Of a stretch of DNA of 44,947 bases, positions 1 through 8,447 are shown in pieces. A model generated the notes under the pieces. That model was not told the DNA's origin, did no database searches, and saw nothing but the letters and a program-made list of their open reading frames with translations. Within the stretch, counting starts at the first letter, position 1. Every line of letters begins with the position of its first letter. The DNA is from a virus (Duplodnaviria; Caudoviricetes): IMG/VR virus record IMGVR_UViG_3300038548_000114, positions 1 to 44,947 of that record; one strand, 5' to 3'. A program made the translations under genes and the position numbers.

Positions 1-165
1 CAGCTGTCATGACCAGCGTTGCAGGAGCAGCAGGAGCAGCAGGAGCAGCAGGAGCAGCAGGAGCAGCAGGAGCAGCAGGAGCAGCAGGAGCAGCAGGAGC
101 AGCAGGAGCAGCAGGAGCAGCAGGAGCAGCAGGACGTGTCGCCAAACCTTTCTCGATCAGCAGTT
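1..165. repeat. Terminal overlap with 44801-44947 (circular genome or assembly overlap)
   Basis: Flanks cagctgtcatgaccagcgtt and gcaggacgtgtcgccaaacctttctcgatcagcagtt are identical at both ends; only the number of 9-bp units between them differs. Confidence 0.95.
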
Positions 166-811
166 CATCAGTCCAGCCTGCGGTTGCCATGTACGACTCA
201 TAGGTCACACCAGCTGCCAATGCAGTCATGACAAGCGCCACAGGTGCTGCGTTCGGGGCTGCTGGGGGTGGGGTAGAAGTTGCACCTGGTGATGCACCCA
301 CGTTGGCGAACATCTGCTCAGTGCTCGGCTTACCGTCGAGTCGACCGAACTGACCCATTTCACCGGTACTCATCGCACCGTTCAGCCAACCACCCACACC
401 ACCGGTGCCTTTAACGTACCCACTGATGCCCGCGTTAACGTGCACCAACATACCGCTGAAGATCTCAGCAGGGTCGATGATTGGCTGACGGTTCATGTCA
501 ACAACCGTAGGTCGATCTGCTGCCTTGGCAGAGCAGGTGAACGCGTACCACCCGACGAAACGAGGGTCATAATAATCCTTGTCGGGGGTGATCTTCTTTT
601 CATAAATATCGAAACACAGGTTGCTGTTGGCTGGCATACCAGACGGGAAAGTGTTCGCCTTCGCAGCGTTGACTTCAGCGAGTAGAGCTTCGATCTGCGG
701 GTCGGTTGGCGGCAACAACACCATCGCACCGAACTTGGGGTCGCCACCAGCTTTGGGAACCTTCGCAGTAAACAAGTCAGCGAAGGATAAAATACCGTGA
801 ATTAGCGCCAT
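1..811 (-). CDS. DUF2815-family (T7 gp2.5-like) single-stranded DNA-binding protein, 5' part; continues across the junction to the stop at 44703
   Basis: Absent from the ORF track. Manual translation from ATG 811 gives MALIHGILSFADLFTAKV...GDPKFGAMVLLP...RPTVVD...IFSGMLVHVN...GVGGWLNG. It lies next to the DUF2800 nuclease, the usual synteny. Confidence 0.8.
   Translation of the reverse strand, partial: MALIHGILSFADLFTAKVPKAGGDPKFGAMVLLPPTDPQIEALLAEVNAAKANTFPSGMPANSNLCFDIYEKKITPDKDYYDPRFVGWYAFTCSAKAADRPTVVDMNRQPIIDPAEIFSGMLVHVNAGISGYVKGTGGVGGWLNGAMSTGEMGQFGRLDGKPSTEQMFANVGASPGATSTPPPAAPNAAPVALVMTALAAGVTYESYMATAGWTDELLIEKGLATRPAAPAAPAAPAAPAAPAAPAAPAAPAAPAAPAAPAAPATLVMTA
21..128. repeat. 9-bp tandem repeat (GCAGGAGCA)x12 encoding (PAA)n on the minus strand
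   Basis: Counted directly: 12 units here, 10 units at 44821-44910. Confidence 0.95.
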
Positions 812-823
812 GATCTGATACCT

Positions 824-2206
824 CTAAAGGAATGAAACTGCAGCGGGTGCAGCGGTTGGAACATCTGCGAACATCATATCAACTGTAGAACTTTGTGCAA
901 CATCTTTTTCAACAGTTGGTTGATGATCGTGACTAACTTTCTGCAACGACGACTTGCCCGCTTTCACAGCGATATAGTCGCGCTCGATCTTGGTCTTCTG
1001 CTCAGCGGTCAGAGACTTCAACGCCAGTGCAGCAGCAGGGGTGATCAGCTTGGCGGGGTACATCTCATCCTTCTTGACCCGTCGAGCCTTGAGCATCTTG
1101 ACGATACCTTTTTCATCCTGTGACCACACCTTCGCGTTCTTACCCGGCAGCATCGCGTAACCAGGCACCGAAGTGCCTTGCTCGATCCGCTCTTGGATCT
1201 CGGTCTTGACCTTGCCAAACGCAGCAAGCAGACCAGCCTCAGCGTCAGCCAGCTCACCAAGTTGTTCAACGGTGAGTGACTTCGGATCAGCGACCGCTTG
1301 CTGGATGAACTCGAACAGGTGCTGATTACCACCCTCTGCCACAATCAGGTTTGTATCACTCATCGATTCCAATACCTCAATACTCTTCTCAGCATCGGCA
1401 GTACAGTGACCACCGCGCTTCGGGTTAGCTTTACACCACTGACAGTGCTTGCCTGCGGTCAAAGGTGCATCAGGGTCATCGGTTGCATCAGCTGCGACAC
1501 CGAGTCTGATCGCTTCATCGATCACGTACTGAGTGCTGAAGTTATCGTCGGGCCGGGTCGAGCACTGGTACCTAATGACAGGGTTGGTCTTCGGCTGCAC
1601 AATCGTGTGACGGCAGTGAGGCACCTTCGACGCATCAAACGGTCCAGTATCGTCAGGACCAGTTGCGATGTAAGGTCGCATCTTGCCAAACAGATAACTG
1701 ATCGTCTGAGTGTTGCCCGGTACGTGAACCCAACCTCGACCGTCCTTGTAGTCACACACCTCAATGAAGTAGACCTCATCGGTGACAGCATCGAGCGCGG
1801 TGATGGTGATGTCACAAGTACCCCACCAATCGTCACGACCGAACGCACCACCGGGGTTCGACTTCATCTCAGCCTGCACGACGACGTAAGCATCGGGAAA
1901 CTGCACCTTCAACTCAGCGACACGCCGGGTGACATAGTCCAACTGCATCTGCACGCGTGCGCATCGAGCAGGGTCAACCAACCAACCGTTCATATTGTCT
2001 TTATGGTTGGCACCGATGATCTGCTGGTCATACTGGATCGCAGGCACATTGTTGATCATGCACATCTCAAGCAGCAGGTGTGACCCTGTACCGTCGATAG
2101 CTGCTTCACCTGCAACGTCCTGGTAACCCGACTCCATTCGCACTGAGCCAGCGCAGTGAGGCCAACGCTTGTTGCTGGGTCCGAGTCGTGCGTGACCCTC
2201 ACTCAC
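824..2206 (-). CDS. DUF2800 Cas4-like PD-(D/E)xK exonuclease
   Basis: N-terminal HARLGPS..RW..C.GS, GT..H, WGTCD, DYKDGRG, TIVQP and the C-terminal GKHCQWC...C cluster. Confidence 0.85.
   Translation of the reverse strand: MSEGHARLGPSNKRWPHCAGSVRMESGYQDVAGEAAIDGTGSHLLLEMCMINNVPAIQYDQQIIGANHKDNMNGWLVDPARCARVQMQLDYVTRRVAELKVQFPDAYVVVQAEMKSNPGGAFGRDDWWGTCDITITALDAVTDEVYFIEVCDYKDGRGWVHVPGNTQTISYLFGKMRPYIATGPDDTGPFDASKVPHCRHTIVQPKTNPVIRYQCSTRPDDNFSTQYVIDEAIRLGVAADATDDPDAPLTAGKHCQWCKANPKRGGHCTADAEKSIEVLESMSDTNLIVAEGGNQHLFEFIQQAVADPKSLTVEQLGELADAEAGLLAAFGKVKTEIQERIEQGTSVPGYAMLPGKNAKVWSQDEKGIVKMLKARRVKKDEMYPAKLITPAAALALKSLTAEQKTKIERDYIAVKAGKSSLQKVSHDHQPTVEKDVAQSSTVDMMFADVPTAAPAAVSFL
879..904 (-). 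promoter_or_regulatory. Conserved promoter/operator element upstream of the SSB gene
   Basis: 24/26 identical to 41121-41146; contains the -10-like TACAGT on the minus strand. Confidence 0.55.
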
Positions 2207-2589
2207 GCTGGAATCGCCTTGACAGCAGCCATCAGTAGCTGTTGCTGTTCAGCGGTCTGACCAGCGCAACCGGTGATACCCACCTTCGCCATTGCAGCAT
2301 CGATTGGCTCACGACCCTTGCCGATGCGTTCCATCTCAGCAACCAGTGCGACGTTGAGCTCTTCAGGTGTCATCATGACAGCAGCAGGAACCAACTGTGC
2401 TGCTGATTGCATGGCAGCCGGAGCAGCCGGAGCAGCAGCAGGAGCAGGAGCAGCCGGAGCAGCAGCCGGAGCAGCCGGAGCAGCAGCAGCAGTGCCGTTG
2501 TCGGTCGCCACCATTGCTCCTGCCATCAGCGCGGCAGTCATCGCTTCAAGCGCAGCGGTGTTCTTTTTCAGTTCATTTTCCAGTGACAT
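2203..2589 (-). CDS. Pro/Ala-rich hypothetical protein upstream of the DUF2800 nuclease
   Basis: Likely start MSLENELKKN at 2589 after GGAG; central AAP repeat linker; stop overlaps the nuclease start. Confidence 0.7.
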   Translation of the reverse strand: MSLENELKKNTAALEAMTAALMAGAMVATDNGTAAAAPAAPAAAPAAPAPAAAPAAPAAMQSAAQLVPAAVMMTPEELNVALVAEMERIGKGREPIDAAMAKVGITGCAGQTAEQQQLLMAAVKAIPA

Positions 2590-2812
2590 ATAGTTCTCCA
2601 AGTTCAGCTTTTTGGTCTTCGGTTGGGATGATGCGTAAACGACCATCGTTGTACGCAGTGATGAATTCACGCAGCAGCTGTGAATGGACTTTCCCATTCG
2701 CACGCAATGCTTTCTGCCTGAAAATATTCAACTCTTTGCAGTTGATGCGCAGACGAAGAGCATCATCAAGAGTGACATCCTCCAACTCTGCAGAATTATC
2801 TTCGTTAGCCAT
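2573..2812 (-). CDS. Putative ribbon-helix-helix (Arc/CopG-like) DNA-binding regulator
   Basis: LRLRIN strand followed by two helices (KELNIFRQKAL, HSQLLREFITAY); GAGG RBS. Confidence 0.5.
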   Translation of the reverse strand: MANEDNSAELEDVTLDDALRLRINCKELNIFRQKALRANGKVHSQLLREFITAYNDGRLRIIPTEDQKAELGELYVTGK

Positions 2813-2827
2813 GTTGACCTCTTTTGT

Positions 2828-2875
2828 GTTGATTAGCTTCTACTGACAAACCCGCAATTAAGCGGGTTTGGTATT
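2828..2875. repeat. 48-bp direct repeat copy 1 containing a perfect 9-bp hairpin
   Basis: gttgattagcttctactgacaaacccgcaattaagcgggtttggtatt; 47/48 identical to 3203-3250. Confidence 0.95.
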
Positions 2876-2890
2876 CAGCACGGCAGGTTA

Positions 2891-3190
2891 TTAAAATAAC
2901 GCTTCATTCAATTTTCCGATCAGACTACGTGCGTGATCAGTGACACAATCGATTTCACCACCTGCATTACTCAGGAAGTCTGACAGTGTTGGCTCAGGTC
3001 GAGCAGGCTTCACAGTATCAGACATCGGCTGTACTGACGCTTGTGGAGCTGCTGGTGCCTGACCTTGTATTCTGGTCAGCAAGTTGTTCAGCTCTTTAGT
3101 GATCGAACCAAGATCCTTAATAGAATGATGGATTCCAATATGCTTGGACCCAAGTTTTCCCACTTGTGCATTGCCGTTCATAATTGTCAC
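2891..3190 (-). CDS. Hypothetical helical protein flanked by the 48-bp repeats
   Basis: Open 99-codon frame filling the space between the repeats. Confidence 0.6.
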   Translation of the reverse strand: MTIMNGNAQVGKLGSKHIGIHHSIKDLGSITKELNNLLTRIQGQAPAAPQASVQPMSDTVKPARPEPTLSDFLSNAGGEIDCVTDHARSLIGKLNEALF

Positions 3191-3202
3191 CGTTCGATTG
3201 CC

Positions 3203-3250
3203 GTTGATTAGTTTCTACTGACAAACCCGCAATTAAGCGGGTTTGGTATT
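3203..3250. repeat. 48-bp direct repeat copy 2
   Basis: gttgattagtttctactgacaaacccgcaattaagcgggtttggtatt. Confidence 0.95.
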
Positions 3251-3328
3251 GCAGTTATGAGTTGAATTATTAACTGTGCATGATCATATCCTCAGTTGGT
3301 TAATGCGTTTCTTCCTGTTTGGAACTCA

Positions 3329-3358
3329 ATCTTAGTTTCACATTGATTCACTTGTCAA
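3329..3358 (-). promoter_or_regulatory. Sigma70-like leftward promoter for the replication arm
   Basis: TTGACA-18 bp-TAAGAT on the minus strand in the AT-rich divergent intergenic region. Confidence 0.6.
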
Positions 3359-3472
3359 CCATTGTTTGACTTTGTTCTACAAGAGTCATACTCTGCAGGC
3401 TGACAGAAAGTGGTCGTCGGAGTAAGATAGAAGGTTCCCACGGCATAAGCAGATTCAAATGGTGACGGTGAC

Positions 3473-6127
3473 ATGGTGACAAATGATGGATTCCTTCGAG
3501 CGATTTTCGGTGCAGACGCACCGTGGGCACACGTCACAGCATTCCCCTATGACCCCAACAACATACCCAAAGACAAGCACCTGATCGCGTGGAAAGGTGA
3601 CTATCACAGTCGCCAAACTCTGCCACCGAAAACCAATCAATACTTCACCATCAGTGCGTTCTATTGTGATGACCAGGGTCAAGCACGACGCCGCAAGGCG
3701 CTGTTCCGCTACACCCCCTGCATTGTGCTCGACGATGTGAAAGAGAAGCTGTCGATGGCTGAGGTGCAGAAGCTGCCGCAACCATCATGGATACTCGAAT
3801 CATCAACAGGTTCGGAGCAATGGGGATACATTCTCGATACACCGTGTGATGACCGTGGTCGTGTTGAGAACCTGCTTGATGGGCTGGTGGCGAATGGTCT
3901 TGCTCCTGATGGAAAAGATCCAGGCATGAAGGGGGTGACCCGGTACCTGCGACTGCCTGAAGGTATCAACAACAAAGCATCGAAACTGGTGAATGGTCAA
4001 CCGTTCAAGTGTCGAATGCTGCTGTGGGAACCGACACGCAAGGTGACGATGGAGCAGCTCGCTGCACCGTTCGTTGTTGACCTTGACGCGGTGCGACGTG
4101 AAGCACGGGTCGACGGTGCCTCAGCGGTGAGTGACCACCCCCTGATCAACATCCCTGACATTATCAAAATTAAAGAGGTTCGCAGCGATGGACGTTTTGA
4201 TATTTCGTGCCCTTGGGTTGCTGAGCATACTGGCGGTGATGACAGTGGCGCTGCCGTGTTTACTAATGAGGATGGTTCTATCGGCTATAAATGCCATCAT
4301 GGGAACTGCCAAACCAAAACCGGAAAAGACCTGCTCAGATTCATCGACACCCAGCGACCCAATTGGTCGACGGGAGTTCTGAAGAACTGGCAGATCATGC
4401 GCAGCTTTGACGTCGCAGCTCCTGCAGTCAGCTTCATGACACCCCTGCAGTCCGTTCACTCTGATATGCAATCGTTACATCAAGCAGGTGCAGTCACTGA
4501 CGCCACCATGCAGAAGTTTGACACGATGTGCGCTGAGCCTGCAGTCAGCTTCATGACACCCCCAGCAGCACAGCAACCTGAACCAACAGTGGTCACTGCC
4601 GATGCTATCCAGCTGTTGTGTGACATGCTGCGCAGACAGATACCGGCGACTCCTGAAGCGCGTACTGCTGCCGGGAACATGCTGAAGCACGTTGACGACA
4701 TACCGAAGATGGATCAGAAGCACTGGCATGAGCAGGTGTGCGACATCATGAGGTGGAGCAAAGCCGACTTCAGGGACATCATCAAGGATCTGAGGCAGGG
4801 TTGGTATATCGACAACTCATCTACTGCTGATTTCTACGACAACGTGGTGTATGTGAAAGAGCTGAACCAGTTCTATGACCTGAAGTCGCGCATCTTTTTC
4901 AGCACCGAAGCGTTCCAGAATTCGTTCGCTCATGAGGATGCGGAAGCACGTAAAGTCGCGCTACAGGACGGTCGAGTGCGCAAGGTTGACAAACTGGACT
5001 ATGCACCGAAACAACCTCAAGTGTTCGTCGAAGGTCACACCATGTACGGCAATATGTGGAGTGATGCGGATCAACCGAAGGGGGTACCCGGTGACATCAC
5101 TCGATGGCGTGACCATTTCGATGCGTTGGGGTGGGGGGACTCACGACAGCACGTTGAGCAGTGGATGGCTTACACGCTGAGGCACCCTGAGAACAAGATC
5201 AACCACATGTTGTTGTTCGGCAGCGGCGAAGGGTGCGGTAAAGACTTCCTGCTGTACCCGCTGATCGAAGGCATGGGTGAGAACGGTGACGTGATCAGTG
5301 GTGAAGAGCTGGTGAGTGACTTCAATGAATATCTGCTGTCGACCAAGTACCTGCACATCAATGAAACTGAGCTAGGTGATCGACGCGAAGCAATGCAGGT
5401 GAGCAACAAGCTGAAACCCATCGCTGCAGCTCCACCGAATAGACTCGGTGTCAACCAGAAAGGCATCAGACGAATCAAAGTTCGCAACATCATCAACGGC
5501 ACCATGACCACCAACAGTCAGCTGCCACTGCGCCTCAACGGTCCCAGTCGACGATTCTATGCGCTGTGGTCTGACATGAACCCACGTGATGAGCATGGTC
5601 AGATGCGTCAGGACTGGCTTGATTACTGGGAGGACCGGTGGAACTGGATGAAGGGCGGCGGCTGGTTGAACGTGCTGCACTACCTATACAACGATGTCAG
5701 CCTGGTCGGGTTCAATCCGAGCGAAGCACCCCCAGTCACTGAGTTCCTGAAGGACATTCAAGAGTCATCGAAGACACCCCAGCAGCAGACAATCGAGGCG
5801 TTCATCAGTAACCGCATCGGCATGTTCAAGTGCGACCTGTTGAGTGCTCAAGACATGAGCGACACCGTGAGAACTGAAGGTGTGTTCTCGACCAATAACG
5901 TTTATTGCGATGTGAAGTACCTGACACCGATCGGCATCGGTCGGGCGCTGAGTTCTGCGGCAGGGGTGGTGCAGCTGCGGGGTCGCAGAGATGATAGTCA
6001 GGTCAGGCTCTATGCGATTCGTGATGCGATGAAGTATCAGGCGATGGGTCCAGCTGACCTCTATCGAGAGTACGAGCGACAGGTTGCAGCGGTACGCGGT
6101 GCGACCATTATGACAGTGGTGAAGTGA
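3473..6127 (+). CDS. Primase-helicase: RepB-like AEP primase, Zn-binding motif and DUF5906-type P-loop NTPase
   Basis: IVLDDV, WILESSTGSEQWGY, RYLRLPEG; CPW..EHT...CHHGNC; Walker A GSGEGCGKD and Walker B LHINE; SRRFY. Confidence 0.85.
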   Translation: MVTNDGFLRAIFGADAPWAHVTAFPYDPNNIPKDKHLIAWKGDYHSRQTLPPKTNQYFTISAFYCDDQGQARRRKALFRYTPCIVLDDVKEKLSMAEVQKLPQPSWILESSTGSEQWGYILDTPCDDRGRVENLLDGLVANGLAPDGKDPGMKGVTRYLRLPEGINNKASKLVNGQPFKCRMLLWEPTRKVTMEQLAAPFVVDLDAVRREARVDGASAVSDHPLINIPDIIKIKEVRSDGRFDISCPWVAEHTGGDDSGAAVFTNEDGSIGYKCHHGNCQTKTGKDLLRFIDTQRPNWSTGVLKNWQIMRSFDVAAPAVSFMTPLQSVHSDMQSLHQAGAVTDATMQKFDTMCAEPAVSFMTPPAAQQPEPTVVTADAIQLLCDMLRRQIPATPEARTAAGNMLKHVDDIPKMDQKHWHEQVCDIMRWSKADFRDIIKDLRQGWYIDNSSTADFYDNVVYVKELNQFYDLKSRIFFSTEAFQNSFAHEDAEARKVALQDGRVRKVDKLDYAPKQPQVFVEGHTMYGNMWSDADQPKGVPGDITRWRDHFDALGWGDSRQHVEQWMAYTLRHPENKINHMLLFGSGEGCGKDFLLYPLIEGMGENGDVISGEELVSDFNEYLLSTKYLHINETELGDRREAMQVSNKLKPIAAAPPNRLGVNQKGIRRIKVRNIINGTMTTNSQLPLRLNGPSRRFYALWSDMNPRDEHGQMRQDWLDYWEDRWNWMKGGGWLNVLHYLYNDVSLVGFNPSEAPPVTEFLKDIQESSKTPQQQTIEAFISNRIGMFKCDLLSAQDMSDTVRTEGVFSTNNVYCDVKYLTPIGIGRALSSAAGVVQLRGRRDDSQVRLYAIRDAMKYQAMGPADLYREYERQVAAVRGATIMTVVK
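4421..4562 (+). repeat. 25-bp direct repeats (4421-4445 and 4538-4562) inside the primase linker
   Basis: cctgcagtcagcttcatgacacccc occurs twice, 117 bp apart and in frame (PAVSFMTP). Confidence 0.95.
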
Positions 6128-6315
6128 TGAGTGACTGGAAACCGATAGCGTCTGCACCGAGAGATGGTTCAACCATTGTTGTTGCTAACGAGACTGAGAG
6201 TGACGCAGCTTACTGGGACTATGACGACTGGTGTGCACCGAACAGTAGCGCCAACTCGATTCCGTATGAACCTACTCAATGGACTGAATTACCAAAACCG
6301 TCAACATCTAGTTGA
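6124..6315 (+). CDS. DUF551-like small protein
   Basis: WKPIASAPRDGSTIVV...PTQWTELPKP signature. Confidence 0.75.
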   Translation: MMSDWKPIASAPRDGSTIVVANETESDAAYWDYDDWCAPNSSANSIPYEPTQWTELPKPSTSS

Positions 6316-6341
6316 CATGTGGAACAATGTGGTACTACACT
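6312..6341 (+). promoter_or_regulatory. Sigma70-like rightward promoter for the small-gene cluster
   Basis: TTGACA-18 bp-TACACT; the -35 overlaps the inverted repeat gtcaac-atcta-gttgac. Confidence 0.6.
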
Positions 6342-6367
6342 CAGGGAAACCAACCGAGGTGACAAAC

Positions 6368-6538
6368 ATGTGCGATAACCGAAGCAAACATCGTTGGAAC
6401 ATCGGATGGATCTGGAAGCTCTTCGGCAGATGCTGGCACTGCGGGTCTAGTGACCTGACTGGTTACTACCAGAAGCTCCCATCTTTAGGGTGCACTGTGA
6501 CAGGTAAGCAGTGCGGCAAATGCGGATACCTTACCTAA
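6368..6538 (+). CDS. Small Zn-ribbon protein
   Basis: CWHC...CGKC; GAGG RBS upstream. Confidence 0.55.
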   Translation: MCDNRSKHRWNIGWIWKLFGRCWHCGSSDLTGYYQKLPSLGCTVTGKQCGKCGYLT

Positions 6539-6548
6539 ACCAACTGAG

Positions 6549-7097
6549 GTGACGAACATGCAATACTATCAATGCTATCAATGTGGCAACGAAGTAACCC
6601 AACTCAGCAACCGGTCACGGTGCATCGAGTGTGAGTCTTCACGTGCCAGCTTCAACGAGAACGACACACTGCGTCAGCAACTCGGTGAGTTCCAGATTGC
6701 TGAGAAGAATACTTCTGATGCGTACCTTCGACTGCGTGAGATTCTAGGGTCGTTTGACACTCCTTATGCGCCAAGTCCTGAACTGGTGTGGACTCACACC
6801 GAGATGAAGGCACGACAGGCAGTTGAACAGCAAGCCATGATCACCGCGTTCAGGCACGCTGCGAACTCACTCGGCAAGACGACCGGTGTCATCGTCAGCC
6901 ACGTCGAGCATGATGAAGCTGCGAAGTCGGTCACCGGGGATCACTACTTCCTTGAGCTGCTGGCTGAGTCAGAGCTGCGGTACAACCGGTTGAAGGCTGC
7001 TGCTGAGAGTGTGCTGCTCGACCATGAGTACCCACCTGCGTCTGGTGAAGTCCAAGGATCTGCAGCTATCCAGCATCTGAAGGAGGCACTGAAATGA
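6549..7097 (+). CDS. Hypothetical protein with an N-terminal Zn finger and coiled coil
   Basis: CYQC...CIEC; translationally coupled to the next gene. Confidence 0.65.
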   Translation: MTNMQYYQCYQCGNEVTQLSNRSRCIECESSRASFNENDTLRQQLGEFQIAEKNTSDAYLRLREILGSFDTPYAPSPELVWTHTEMKARQAVEQQAMITAFRHAANSLGKTTGVIVSHVEHDEAAKSVTGDHYFLELLAESELRYNRLKAAAESVLLDHEYPPASGEVQGSAAIQHLKEALK

Positions 7098-7663
7098 CTA
7101 CTGAACAGGAACTTGGTCGTGCTGTGAGATGCAAGCACCCTGATAAAAGCCACAAGTTGTGCGTCGGCGGTTGTGTTGGAGTGTGCAAGCGAGTCAACAA
7201 AGGGATCGATGATAAATGCCCCAAGCATGAGATCGATGGTGTTGGTCCCTGCTACTGCCAGCCACCGTTGCGCAAGATCACGTTCAATATGAAGGATGGT
7301 CAGCGGGTTGTGACAACTGACTTCAGTTCTGCTGATGCTGCGATCGTCGGGTTGGGGTTGTTACGTGACGACATCCGAACGATCAACAGTGTGAAGCTGG
7401 CGATAGCTCCTGAGCCGTACCGATATGTACCTGGTCCGACCAAGCTGCCTGAATTCAGCTTCAGGCGACAGGGTCTGCCTGCTGAAGCGCTGGATGCGTT
7501 GGGTATCAAGGCTGGTGACCGCACTCGTTCGATTGAGGCGGATGCGCTGCGTCGGTTGGTCAACAAGATCGAAGGCAACCACACCGGCGACATCGAGAAC
7601 CAGACTTACTTCGTGACACTAATCGAAAAGGAAATTGACCTGATCGAGCGGGGTGAACTGTGA
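7094..7663 (+). CDS. Hypothetical protein with a Cys-rich N-terminus
   Basis: ATGA overlap, GGAGG RBS. Confidence 0.65.
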   Translation: MTTEQELGRAVRCKHPDKSHKLCVGGCVGVCKRVNKGIDDKCPKHEIDGVGPCYCQPPLRKITFNMKDGQRVVTTDFSSADAAIVGLGLLRDDIRTINSVKLAIAPEPYRYVPGPTKLPEFSFRRQGLPAEALDALGIKAGDRTRSIEADALRRLVNKIEGNHTGDIENQTYFVTLIEKEIDLIERGEL

Positions 7664-7848
7664 TTGAGTACATCAAGCTGACCCTGTTCCTGCTGGGGTT
7701 GATCTGCATCCTGCTGGGACCAGTGTTCAGCTGGCTCTGCCTCATCCCTGCAGTGTGGTTCTGGTCACTGCTGCACCTGTTCAACTGGTTCGTGGATGAT
7801 GAACGCTGGCTCGATGCCTTCTCTGAGGGTGCTTGTCATGAGATATAA
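7660..7848 (+). CDS. Small membrane protein
   Basis: Two hydrophobic segments; GTGA overlap with the upstream gene. Confidence 0.55.
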   Translation: MIEYIKLTLFLLGLICILLGPVFSWLCLIPAVWFWSLLHLFNWFVDDERWLDAFSEGACHEI

Positions 7849-8071
7849 CGGGTATCAAGTGATTATCAAAGATGCATATCCTGTTTACAAATTCAAGCTG
7901 ATGGTGAAGAAGCATCGACGAAAGAGAAACAAAGTTGTCGTCAAGGTTCTTTCACATTATGAGGAATACATCGACGATTATCAGTGTGTCATGGATGAAG
8001 TGCGATGCTATATGTACTGCAATCGTAAAACTTTCAACGAACTGAAAAAGCAGATTCGAGGTGCAGCATGA
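7838..8071 (+). CDS. Hypothetical basic protein
   Basis: Likely start MRYNGYQV; visibly more AT-rich than its neighbours. Confidence 0.55.
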   Translation: MRYNGYQVIIKDAYPVYKFKLMVKKHRRKRNKVVVKVLSHYEEYIDDYQCVMDEVRCYMYCNRKTFNELKKQIRGAA

Positions 8072-8232
8072 CCTGTCAATCGGTGTACCAGCACGGCAAC
8101 GATCAGTACGTCTGCACTCGCTGCAACCTAGTGTGGGATCGTGACGACCAGGCACCACCGTGCAAGACCAACGCTGATCTTGAGCGTGAGACTATCGACA
8201 AGCTGAGAGCTGAGGTGAGCAACCATGAATGA
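8068..8232 (+). CDS. Small Cys-containing hypothetical protein (54 aa)
   Basis: Manual translation MTCQSVYQHGNDQYVCTRCNLVWDRDDQAPPCK...; ATGA overlaps at both ends; GAGG RBS. Confidence 0.6.
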   Translation: MTCQSVYQHGNDQYVCTRCNLVWDRDDQAPPCKTNADLERETIDKLRAEVSNHE

Positions 8233-8447
8233 AGCCTATCAACAAGGTGCTGCTGCACGACGCAGTGGTCACCCTGAACCCGAGTGCCCTTATGCACCGG
8301 GTACCAATGAGTACCGTGACTTTGCATCAGGGTTCGTTGAAGCTGCACCGTTACCAATGTTCAAAGGAGAAGCGTAATGATTACTCGTGGAAATGTAAAA
8401 ACTGGACCGTGGATTCGATCCGACCTGTGTTTAACTTGCGCTACTGA
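8229..8447 (+). CDS. Hypothetical protein
   Basis: ATGA-coupled start, but overlaps the next ORF by about 70 bp. Confidence 0.35.
   Translation: MKPINKVLLHDAVVTLNPSALMHRVPMSTVTLHQGSLKLHRYQCSKEKRNDYSWKCKNWTVDSIRPVFNLRY

Noticed and set aside
1-165. Physical direct terminal repeat of the virion DNA
   Set aside because: The overlap falls inside a gene at a tandem repeat and the copies differ in unit number; an assembly break point is more likely.
9-231. Plus-strand ORFs encoding (AGA)n or (QEQ)n
   Set aside because: These are shadow frames of the 9-bp repeat; the minus-strand SSB frame explains the region.
2828-3250. CRISPR mini-array
   Set aside because: Only two repeats, and the 327-bp interval holds an ORF. 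The Cas4-like gene is the common phage DUF2800 nuclease and no other cas genes are present.
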